Source: a virus (Duplodnaviria > Caudoviricetes). Taken from it: a stretch of 64,000 bases of DNA. The translations under genes were made by a program, and so were the position numbers. The DNA lies in IMG/VR virus record IMGVR_UViG_3300025663_000002, positions 13,979-77,978 of that record; one strand, given 5' to 3'. Below, one piece after another: positions 1 to 9,600 of this stretch; the stretch's first letter is position 1, and each line of letters begins with the position of its first letter. The notes beneath the pieces were generated by a model, which did no database searches, was not told the DNA's origin, and saw only the letters and a program-made list of their open reading frames with translations.

Positions 1-1065
1 ACTCCAAATGCATCAGAAAATATGGAGACCAATAATATAGAAAAAGTATTTGTTATTAATTCATTGACTAATGTTAATCGAGTATTAGATGGTACTGGTA
101 AGACAACATTTTCTTTAGGGTTTGTTTCTCCTTATTTAGTTAAAAATAATACAACAAAGATAAGCAGATCGTTCAACGCAATGACTTCTTCTGAAATTGT
201 CGAATATACAGCACTAGATATTTTAGAAATTGGTGGGGACGATAACTTCGACTTCTCTAGCCTTGTTACAAACACACCAACAAAATATACAAAAAATATA
301 GTGGTTCCCAATTGGAAACCTTTTGATTTGATGAACTTTTTAGCAAAGAATTCTATTTCGGTTGACGGTAATAGTAATTACATATTCTTTGAGAACAATG
401 AGGGGTTTCATTTTACCACTATTGAAGATTTGAAACAACAAGAAATAATTAGAATGATTACTGTTAATGGAACTAATGACGCAGGCAATAAACAGGGTGG
501 TATCGGAGAAATTCTAATTGAAGGTAATAATGCCGAATCATATGACGAATTGACTCGATTTGATATTTCTAGTGGAACCTCAAATGGTATGTATGGTGGC
601 AGAATGGTTGCTCATAATATACTTACCAAATCGGTCGAAACGTACGATATTACTAATACTCCGAAAGGTAGTAAATTGGGCGATGTTGGGTTTGGTGATG
701 TGTTTAGGAAAGACCAAGAACCAAGTTCGCATATAGGGTATATGAGTTCTAATTACTTATACGACGTTCACGACAAAGAAGAAAGGTCTCATTATCCTTT
801 ATACGATATGAAGATATCCGAACTAAGGTCTAATTTAATCAAATTAACACTTCCTGGTGATACTAATATTTTCGCTGGCAATACTTTTGAATTATTATTG
901 CCTTCTACTTCGCACGATTCTCAAGAAATGGATAGGTATATGAGTGGAAACTACTTTATCACAGCAATACACCATAAAATAAATTCGAGTGGATACGAAA
1001 TGACCATGGAATGTTCAAAAGACGGGTTTGATTTTGAACTTGATGAAAGTACAATGGAACAATAG
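1..1065 (+). CDS. Baseplate hub / tail protein upstream of gp5 (gp27-like); probably 5'-truncated by the window edge
   Basis: Frame is open from base 1 (first ATG at 22); motifs YIFFENNEGFHF and C-terminal GNYFITAIHHKINSSGYEMTMEC resemble gp27/VgrG-type hub proteins; lies directly before gp5. Confidence 0.6.
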   Translation, partial: TPNASENMETNNIEKVFVINSLTNVNRVLDGTGKTTFSLGFVSPYLVKNNTTKISRSFNAMTSSEIVEYTALDILEIGGDDNFDFSSLVTNTPTKYTKNIVVPNWKPFDLMNFLAKNSISVDGNSNYIFFENNEGFHFTTIEDLKQQEIIRMITVNGTNDAGNKQGGIGEILIEGNNAESYDELTRFDISSGTSNGMYGGRMVAHNILTKSVETYDITNTPKGSKLGDVGFGDVFRKDQEPSSHIGYMSSNYLYDVHDKEERSHYPLYDMKISELRSNLIKLTLPGDTNIFAGNTFELLLPSTSHDSQEMDRYMSGNYFITAIHHKINSSGYEMTMECSKDGFDFELDESTMEQ

Positions 1066-1073
1066 GATATATT

Positions 1074-2129
1074 ATGCAATTAATGGGATTTGATAATTTT
1101 ATATGGTTTACAGGTGTTGTGGAAGATAGAGACGACCCGATGCGATTGGGAAGGATACGTGTTAGAATATTTCACTTACATACAGACAAAAAAGTTAAAT
1201 CAAAATCAGAAGGTATTCCTACTGAAGATTTGCCTTGGGCATATCCAATGCAGCCAATAACTTCAGCTGCGATGAATGGTGTAGGAACTACCCCTCTCGG
1301 ACCAGTTGAAGGGACACACGTAGTTGGTTTCTTCAGAGACGGGACTAATTGTCAAGACCCCGTTGTAATGGGCACACTTGGAGGATATCCGTTAGATTTG
1401 CCTGGTGAAACTGGATTTAACGATCCTAATAAGAAATACCCAAGAAAAGAGAATTTAAAAGAACCAGATACTAATAGGCGTGCAGTAGTGGATTTTGAGG
1501 ATCCAGTAGAAGGTGAGTTGTGGTCTAGTAAAACTACGCAATTGGACGAAGACCATGAACCTGAAGATGGAAGTGATGCTCTAAGAACACAAGATAAAGA
1601 AGTGTCGGTTGCTGTTGCTGTATCTCAATCAGGGCATTTACCGTGGTCAGAACCTGATAACCCGTTTGCAGGAGAATACCCGTTCAACCATGTACGTGAA
1701 TCTGAGTCAGGACACGTAGAAGAGTGGGATGACACACCAGAAGCAGAACGTTTAATGAAATGGCACAAGTCAGGAACGTTTGAAGAGATACATCCAGACG
1801 GAACGAAGGTTACTAAAGTCATCTCTGATAACTACCATATTACTGTTGGTGATGAATTTGTACACATAAAAGGGAAGACAGAAACCGATGAGGGTGGTGA
1901 GGAATATACTGTCGGTGGTAATTTTACTGTTACTATTGATGGTAATTGTAGTATGAAAGTGGGTGGAAATTATAATATGCAAGTTGTCGGAAATCACAAA
2001 ACAACAGTTCATGGTGATTATGAAATGCAAGTATTAGGCAACACCAAGATTATGACAGCAGGTACTAAGATGGATGAGTCGGCAAGGAATCATACAATTA
2101 AAGGTGCTATTATACACTTAAATCCATAG
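1074..2129 (+). CDS. gp5: Baseplate central spike gp5 (OB-fold plus beta-helix, no lysozyme domain)
   Basis: N-terminal FIWFTGVVEDRDDPMRLGRIRVRI OB-fold motif, ESESGHVEEWDDTP...HKSGTFEEIHPDG, VxGN beta-helix repeats, C-terminal IHLNP tip. Confidence 0.93.
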   Translation: MQLMGFDNFIWFTGVVEDRDDPMRLGRIRVRIFHLHTDKKVKSKSEGIPTEDLPWAYPMQPITSAAMNGVGTTPLGPVEGTHVVGFFRDGTNCQDPVVMGTLGGYPLDLPGETGFNDPNKKYPRKENLKEPDTNRRAVVDFEDPVEGELWSSKTTQLDEDHEPEDGSDALRTQDKEVSVAVAVSQSGHLPWSEPDNPFAGEYPFNHVRESESGHVEEWDDTPEAERLMKWHKSGTFEEIHPDGTKVTKVISDNYHITVGDEFVHIKGKTETDEGGEEYTVGGNFTVTIDGNCSMKVGGNYNMQVVGNHKTTVHGDYEMQVLGNTKIMTAGTKMDESARNHTIKGAIIHLNP

Positions 2130-2138
2130 GAGTAATTT

Positions 2139-4142
2139 ATGGGAATGTTCAACGATGTTAATGATGCAATGGGGCAAGTTGGTGGTTTACTAAAATCACC
2201 TGCGATGTCTTCTGTTGATAATATGAAGAACGCTGCCACAAGTTTAAATGTTACTGCAAACTTAGACCAATATATATTAGAGCAAGGGTTTCCTGGACAC
2301 GGTAATGCGTTCTATCAGCAGATGCAAGAGATTCAGAACCTATCAAATGCATTAGACGAATGTGGTAATTTTGCACAAGACTTAATACAGGCGTCTACCG
2401 AGGACTATATTAAGAGTACTGGTATTCAAGAAGCAGGAAGAGACCTTGCGAATACGTTAGGTCAATATAAAGATGAAATTGATTGTGCCGCAGGATTTGC
2501 TACACTATTTGATTCTAAAGGTATATTAGACGATGTCTTAGGTATTGGAGACTTGCCTCAAATACAGTCACGTGTACAGCAAATTGTTAAAGACGTAACA
2601 AACCCAACAAAACTTGCTAACATGATTACTAACCTTGACGCAGTTCAGGGTCTACTAGAACCGTTTAACGATTTTTGTACAGGAATGAAGGACGCATTAA
2701 ACCAATTAGTTGCAAAAGACTTAGCGTCTATGAATGCTATTCTAAATAAATTAGCACAGTGGGCAGCTTTTACAAACCTTGCTACTGGAGATCCTTGTGC
2801 TTTGGTGAATAATAGTAGGATGTTGGGAGGAATTACAAGTCCAGTAATGGATGACATCCTAGACTTATATGACGGATTGCTTGATGGTGATGTGGTCGGT
2901 GCGGTTGGGGATATCTTTGCCCCAGATATACCGACAGCACTAATTGGAGGTTCGACACTAACTCAAGTGGGGGCAACCACCGTTCCTTTTGGTGAGTATT
3001 TCTCAACTATCGGTACTGATGTTGGGGGAGGTATTACTGCGAGTATTGGTAATATTGTAAAATCGTCAGGAGAACAACTTAGTGAATTCTTAGGTATGGA
3101 TGGAGGTTCTTCGGTAACAACAGAAACTGGAGTTGTGACGACGGTATCGGTAAAACAAATATGGAACGGTTCTGATTGGGTAGACGACTCAGACTCTAGT
3201 ATTATCTCAGGAATGCAGTCTCTTTCTGTTGGAGCACTTGCAGGAGACAACTCATTCAACCCAGCATTAGATAACTTTAAAAAGATGAAAGAAGGTGTTG
3301 AGTTTGAGTCGTTTAATAATACAAATGCAGTTAAAACTATTATTTCTGAGTCATGTAGAGGTGGTGTTGGGTCAAACCAATCTGATTGTTTATCAAGTGG
3401 GGGGATGTGGTCTACTTCTAAATACTCCCCAACAAACAAAGCAATGTCAGATGCAGCTAAAGGTTTGGGTGTTGCTTCGTTTGGCGATGTTGCGAGAGGT
3501 TCTGATTTATTCAACTCTACGACCAAGGTTGCAGATTCTACAACAGAAACAGTTTCTGGAGGAAACGTTGATTTGAATTCCGTCGAGAACGGTATTGATA
3601 ATGATTTGGCAACGGAAGAACCTTCTGGGTCTGGTGCAGATATACCTTCAAATTCATCAGGTAAGTCAAGGGGAAAAACTCAAAGCACATCAAAATCAAT
3701 AAATAGGAGTGTAGGAAGACCAACGATACCAACATCGTTTACACCAACTCCCCCAGCTGCAAATAGAAGACCAGAACAAGGCAAGACTCCATTTTCAACC
3801 CCTTCATATAATTCATCCTCTACTGGAGCTAAGGTACAAACTCCAGGTTCTACTAATTCGTTTGAAGATAATATTTCTTCGTTCGACTCTGACGTTAATG
3901 CAGTTAAAAATGCAATCAGTTCTGGTGATTTTTCCAATATAACATCTTGTAGGTGTTATGGAGGAAAGGTGTACGATACAGACTCGAGCTCGTGTGCCGC
4001 CCACGGAGGTGTTTGGAAATGTCAAAAAGGAATATCTGGATTAAAATCAGGAAGTATGAAATCAAACGATATGATAACAAATGCAAGAAACGTTGAATTA
4101 AGTTCAGTTCTTCCGACATCGTCAGCATTTAAGGGGTTATAG
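2139..4142 (+). CDS. Unknown 667 aa protein between gp5 and PAAR (helical N-terminus, Ser/Gly/Thr-rich C-terminus, two Cys/Trp modules)
   Basis: Long ORF with AGGAG Shine-Dalgarno at ~2127, tightly packed between gp5 and PAAR; no recognised family. Confidence 0.85.
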   Translation: MGMFNDVNDAMGQVGGLLKSPAMSSVDNMKNAATSLNVTANLDQYILEQGFPGHGNAFYQQMQEIQNLSNALDECGNFAQDLIQASTEDYIKSTGIQEAGRDLANTLGQYKDEIDCAAGFATLFDSKGILDDVLGIGDLPQIQSRVQQIVKDVTNPTKLANMITNLDAVQGLLEPFNDFCTGMKDALNQLVAKDLASMNAILNKLAQWAAFTNLATGDPCALVNNSRMLGGITSPVMDDILDLYDGLLDGDVVGAVGDIFAPDIPTALIGGSTLTQVGATTVPFGEYFSTIGTDVGGGITASIGNIVKSSGEQLSEFLGMDGGSSVTTETGVVTTVSVKQIWNGSDWVDDSDSSIISGMQSLSVGALAGDNSFNPALDNFKKMKEGVEFESFNNTNAVKTIISESCRGGVGSNQSDCLSSGGMWSTSKYSPTNKAMSDAAKGLGVASFGDVARGSDLFNSTTKVADSTTETVSGGNVDLNSVENGIDNDLATEEPSGSGADIPSNSSGKSRGKTQSTSKSINRSVGRPTIPTSFTPTPPAANRRPEQGKTPFSTPSYNSSSTGAKVQTPGSTNSFEDNISSFDSDVNAVKNAISSGDFSNITSCRCYGGKVYDTDSSSCAAHGGVWKCQKGISGLKSGSMKSNDMITNARNVELSSVLPTSSAFKGL

Positions 4143-4143
4143 T

Positions 4144-4434
4144 ATGCCTTCTGCGGTTAGATTAGGCGACGTTTGTACAGGACACGGTTGTTATGGTGGA
4201 AGGGCGAATGCATCTGCGTCTGGAAACGTTATGATCAATAGTCGTGGAGCTCATCGAGTTGGTGACGCATGGGGAGAACATGGTTGTGCAGTTTGCCCAG
4301 ACCACGGAAGTAGTCAGGCATCAGGAAGTCCTACTGTATTTGTAAATAGTAGACCACTAGCAAGGGTGGGTGATTCTGTTGCGTGTGGGAGTGCAAATTC
4401 GACAGGTTCTGGTAACGTAATCGCCAACGGTTAG
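4144..4434 (+). CDS. gp5.4: PAAR spike-tip protein (gp5.4-like)
   Basis: MPSAVRLGDVCTGHG, AHRVGD, H...GSPTVFVNSRPLARVGD, CGS: PAAR repeats with His/Cys metal ligands. Confidence 0.95.
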   Translation: MPSAVRLGDVCTGHGCYGGRANASASGNVMINSRGAHRVGDAWGEHGCAVCPDHGSSQASGSPTVFVNSRPLARVGDSVACGSANSTGSGNVIANG

Positions 4435-4442
4435 TATAAATA
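4435..4442 (+). promoter_or_regulatory. T4-type late promoter TATAAATA
   Basis: Exact TATAAATA upstream of gp25; window encodes gp55. Confidence 0.75.
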
Positions 4443-4469
4443 TAATATAGTGAACTTAAAGGATTATAG

Positions 4470-4874
4470 ATGAAACCGTTACGCAGAGAAGTCAATAGAA
4501 GATACAAAGACATTGATTTGGATATGATGGTACACCCTCATACCGACGATATCGTAGGACGTTATGACGACGAAGCGTTGACTGGGTCGATCCTTAATAT
4601 CATTAAAACTAGAAAGGGTGAACGTGTGTTTAATCCAGATTTTGGTTCAAATGTATATAATTCTTTGTTTGAACCAATGACTTCTACTACAAGGATAACC
4701 CTTGAGGCACAGATTGAAAATGCATTACATCAACACGAACCAAGGATTAATTTAAATTTTGTCAAAATAATTGGTGACGAAGAACGTAACGCATATAATG
4801 TAACAATAGGATATTCCCCAGTTAGTGGTGGTGGCATACGTGAAGTAGAATTCTTTTTAAATAGATTAAGATAA
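4470..4874 (+). CDS. gp25: Baseplate wedge subunit gp25
   Basis: YKDIDL, IKTRKGERVFNPDFGS, EPRI motifs of the gpW/gp25 family; position before gp6. Confidence 0.93.
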   Translation: MKPLRREVNRRYKDIDLDMMVHPHTDDIVGRYDDEALTGSILNIIKTRKGERVFNPDFGSNVYNSLFEPMTSTTRITLEAQIENALHQHEPRINLNFVKIIGDEERNAYNVTIGYSPVSGGGIREVEFFLNRLR

Positions 4875-4882
4875 GGTGTAAT

Positions 4883-6655
4883 ATGGCACAAAACGATAAA
4901 CAATTAAATGTTTCTGATTTAGAATTTGGTAATATTAAAAAGAACATTAAGGACTTTTTAAGAGACCAAGACACATTTACCGACTACGATTTCGAGGGTT
5001 CTGGTATGTCTGTAATGCTTGATGTAATGGCATACACCACCCACTACATGGGATTCCATGCCAATATGGCAATCAATGAGTCGTTTCTAGACACAGCAAC
5101 ACTTAGAAACTCAGTAGTCTCTCACGCAAAGACTATTGGATATACACCAAGTTCGGTTACTTCTTCCGAGGCAATCATTAAGTTGTCATTTAATACTACT
5201 GGACTTGATCCAAGTTCAATTCCCGTTGAAAAGGGAACTACGTTTACATCTACTGTAAATGGAAACGCATTACAATTCGTTGCTTTAGAAACTGTGAATA
5301 TATACCCAGATGAGTCTGGCGACTTCACTGGTGAAATTAAAGTAAATCAAGGAACATTGAAAGGTCTAGAATGGACAGTTGATGGTACAGATACTCAATC
5401 GTATTTAATTAGAGACGCCGGGTGTGACAGGTCGACTATCGCTTTGGGTATTATTGAACCACCAGCAGACTTTTCAGTTCCGTGGACTAATAATGAATTG
5501 TTGTCGGAACTAGTTCCGTTCTCTCAAGTGTGGTTTGTACAAGAAGGTTTAGACGAAGTTACTGAAATCTATTTCGGTAATGGTATATTTGGCAAAAAAC
5601 CAAAGTTAGGGCAAAAGGTTTCTGTTGTTTATTTATCAACAGACGGAGAAATTGGTAATTATACATCCACACTTAGAGACCAAGTATTTTCATTAGATGT
5701 TGCTATTGGTGGTGATTATGATTCAAACCGAGTTACTATTGAAACTGTTAATGCTTCAAATTTAGGGGACTCTGCAGAATCAACCGAATCTATTAGACAA
5801 ACAGCACCTAAGTCTTACGAAAGGCAAAACCGTGCTGTTACTGCGGAAGACTACAAAACTATTCTTTTAGAAAAATATCCTAATATTGATTCTATATCAG
5901 TTTGGGGTGGCGAAGATAACGACCCACCACAATACGGTGCTGTGTTTATCTCAATCAAACCTAAACACGGACTTGAATTATCTCCAATTACTAAGAATCA
6001 TATTAAAGATGATATTCTTTCTAAGTATAATATGTTAGCAATTACCCCTATTATTGTTACTCCAGAATACACATATATTGATATCGAGACAACAGTTAAT
6101 TACGACCCACTGACAACTTCATTATCGCTCGGTGAGATTCAGAACGAAGTTAGGTCTAGTGTTGCATCATTCTTCGAGAGTGAAATTACAGAATTTAAAG
6201 TTGACTTAAAGTTTTCTAAGATGACTAGAGTTATTGACGATGCAGAAAGTTCTATTACGAATAACACAACTACGTTGAAAATTTATAAGAAATTTTATAC
6301 ACAATCTTCTAATACTATTGGTAATTACATATTCAAATTTAATAATAAATTGAATCCAGGTTCGGTTGTGTCTTCTGTATTTGGATCTACAGTTGATGGT
6401 TCTCAGATGGCACTATTAGACGACGGACAAGGTAATGTATTGCTTTACGATATTATCGCAGAAGGGTTCATTAATACATCACAAGGAAGTATTGACTATG
6501 AAGAAGGGACTATCGAATTGATTGGATTCAGCCCCGTACTTGATAATAATACAGTGATATCGTTGTATGCGACCCCCAAGGTTAATGATATTAGTACAAT
6601 ACGTAATAATCTATTGGTACTAAATAGTACAAACGTTATTGTTAAACCCATCTAA
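4883..6655 (+). CDS. gp6: Baseplate wedge subunit gp6
   Basis: LEFGNIKKNIKDFL, FTDYDFEGSG, FLDTATLRNSVVSHAK, YFGNGIFG, QNRAVTAEDY, WGGEDNDPPQYG. Confidence 0.96.
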   Translation: MAQNDKQLNVSDLEFGNIKKNIKDFLRDQDTFTDYDFEGSGMSVMLDVMAYTTHYMGFHANMAINESFLDTATLRNSVVSHAKTIGYTPSSVTSSEAIIKLSFNTTGLDPSSIPVEKGTTFTSTVNGNALQFVALETVNIYPDESGDFTGEIKVNQGTLKGLEWTVDGTDTQSYLIRDAGCDRSTIALGIIEPPADFSVPWTNNELLSELVPFSQVWFVQEGLDEVTEIYFGNGIFGKKPKLGQKVSVVYLSTDGEIGNYTSTLRDQVFSLDVAIGGDYDSNRVTIETVNASNLGDSAESTESIRQTAPKSYERQNRAVTAEDYKTILLEKYPNIDSISVWGGEDNDPPQYGAVFISIKPKHGLELSPITKNHIKDDILSKYNMLAITPIIVTPEYTYIDIETTVNYDPLTTSLSLGEIQNEVRSSVASFFESEITEFKVDLKFSKMTRVIDDAESSITNNTTTLKIYKKFYTQSSNTIGNYIFKFNNKLNPGSVVSSVFGSTVDGSQMALLDDGQGNVLLYDIIAEGFINTSQGSIDYEEGTIELIGFSPVLDNNTVISLYATPKVNDISTIRNNLLVLNSTNVIVKPI

Positions 6656-6670
6656 TAGATAAAGGTAATT

Positions 6671-9600
6671 ATGTCTAATAAGCAATTCACTGAGTCTCCG
6701 GCTAAGTTTCTTTCTATATTTGTAGAAAGAATGGTTCCCGAATATGTTCGAGAAGACCATCCAATGTTCGTTACATTCATGCAAAAGTATTTTGAATACT
6801 TAGAACGTGAAACCGACGTTAATGGAGAACTGGGTGAATACAAACAAATATCAGACCTTATTCAAAATGTTGATATTGACCACACATTAGACCAATTCAT
6901 TCCAGAATTTGAGAAGCAATATCTCCATAATATCCCACACGAAGCAATTGGTGCTGAGGTTGAAACCACAGATAAATCATTCCTTACTAAGAACATTAAA
7001 GAGTCTTATAAAGAAAAAGGTACTAAAAGTGCTTTGGACTTTCTATTCAGACGTGAATTTGATACAGAAGCGTATGTAGCATATCCTAAAGACTTTATGT
7101 TAAAAGCATCGGGTTCTATTTGGTACGAACCTCAATGGTTAGAAGTATCAGAACCAGAAGAAGATGTAAGGAAACTCTATAATAAGAAAGTGATCGGGCA
7201 AATTTCTGGTGCAACTGCCTTTGTAGATATTGAAGAAACTGCGGTTATGCCAGAAATAGAGAAATTACTTTTGACGCAAGTCGAAGGTTCTTTTGTTCAG
7301 GGTGAAGAAATTTGGGAAGAAGTCGGAACTAGTGGACTAACTCCTAATAAATTAACAGTAGTTTCTGATGGCATTATTGCACCTGCTACTTGTTACATTA
7401 ATGGTGTTGCGTGGAGTACGACTTATGGGGCAAACGTTCCACAAACGAAAACTGCATGTGAATCTTTAAAAGAAACAGACAATACAATTAAAACAGCAGT
7501 TTGGCTGCCTAATGGTTATTGGGTCGACTCGGCAGGTTTCTTGTCTTCTGATAGAAAGATGCAGGACAACAATTACTACCAAGACTTTTCTTATGTAATT
7601 CGTTCAGACGTTCCTGTACAAGCATATAGGGACGTATTAAAGAAATTAGTACACCCCGTTGGACTTAAATTATTCGCAGAATATATGTTTGAGACAACTG
7701 TTCCTATGGGAACAAAATTACCTGAAAAATACGCTGCATATCTTATTGCGATATTCTCTTATCTTGATGTTGCGGTTGATATTTACCCTAACGGTAAGTG
7801 TTCTGATTATCAAATTACAGATGAGATGACATGTAACGATAGTGGAGCAACTTGGACTAGAGGACAAAGTTACCGTACCACTCACCGTAAAACATACGAA
7901 TGGACTAGACCAGAAACGTTTGAGTTACAAGAAGATATTACTATTCCTTGGAACCATATGCGTTCGGACGGAACTACCCGTGAAGATATAGTAAACGGAG
8001 TTCCTCAAGGAAGCGGTCAAGACGAAGTAATATTATCTGGAACGATAATCAATACAACTTTACCTAAAGGTGAAGAACGTTACAGAACAAAAGTTTGGAA
8101 ATGTTCTGAACCAACAGGTAACTACTCTTATGGAAGCGAATCCGAACTACTAGTCGCCAGCACTAATTGTTTTGCGGCTGGAGGAGAGTGGTCACAGCAT
8201 ATTACTGGTTCTAATTATTCGGATATGACCGATGAGTGGATTTTCGTTGATAATCAATGGAAACCCGAGAGCATATACACCAAGAAAGAAACTCAAATTG
8301 GAGAAGAACATGAAGGGTTTGAGAAATTCTTAGACCAAGGTTTTGAAGATTATGTATTAGAGATTCTAAAGAAAACTGAAGTAAAATCTGAAATTTTAGA
8401 ACCATTAGATTGGAATCATCCTACAGACCATCTACTTCTTGACGTTACAACAGAACCTAATGTAATCGGTACTCGACTTCATAGTAAGTTATATCAAGTA
8501 TTCACAATGAATGAAAACATTAAGTTAGGACTTGATGCTTTCCCTGAAAAATTGATATTGGCATATTATCAGCAAATTAAAATTCTAGACACTGAAGTCC
8601 AAGGCGCCTTAGATAATACATTAAATATACGCAGAACCTTTAAAGGAATAAAAGAATATCAAACAACTAATTCTGTATGTTCAGATCCAACAATAACATC
8701 ATACACAGAATGTGTTGATGGAGGAACTTGTTCGGATTCAAATTACAACAACGACGAATATTCTTGTTTAAATGTTGGTTCGTGTTCCAGTGCTGCTGAT
8801 GGGTTATTTACCGAACTATTATGTAAAGGTTCTGGGTTTATATGGACACCACAATCGCCAGAAAACGTTTGGACATCTTCTGGTAATACTTGGACGCACG
8901 AGAATGTAGATTGGTTAGGAACTTATAACGAAGAATTCAAAGCAACAGACGGTCGTATGATTGGTTGTGAAGTTTGGGAATTATTGGTTGCTAAAGGTCT
9001 TGAATCTATCCTTGAATATAACTTAAGAATAGTTCAAGTAGAGTCGTATGCTCCTCAACAAAATTACCGTTTCTGGGAACAGAATAGAGAAAATACAATA
9101 ATTCAATCTATTTACGGTAACACGAATGATATTATCGATGCTGTGCATATTGAAGCGTTTGATGTCGACGGAGGAATACGTACACATATGCACGGGGAGG
9201 TAGATGGATTTGCCCCTATGGTCGACACCGTATTAACTAAAGGTGTAGATTTACCTCAAATGGCAGTCGGTGCTTCTGCGTTCCATACTCATTCGTTTGA
9301 TGGAACAGAATTAAAGAATTTATTAGTACACGGAAAGTCAATAGACGCTAGTGGAATTTCATACCAACAAACACGCGATCTATTAAACCGTGAGGCATTT
9401 GAAATACCAGATTTCCACGGCGCTAACTTAGTTTGTGGTGGTATTATGACTCCTCCTCTATGGGGCGATTGGGTTGATTCAGTTCAAGATCCTCGTTATA
9501 ACGGTGTTGGAGAATGTTTCAATTCTATTTACGAAAATGAGACAGATTGTGTAGGTTTCTACGGTGATCCTATGTTCTGGATGAGTCCTTCGTGTTCCGA

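Noticed and set aside
1074-2129. gp5 lacking the lysozyme domain as a novelty
   Set aside because: Common in marine T4-like phages; kept only as context for the 667 aa neighbour
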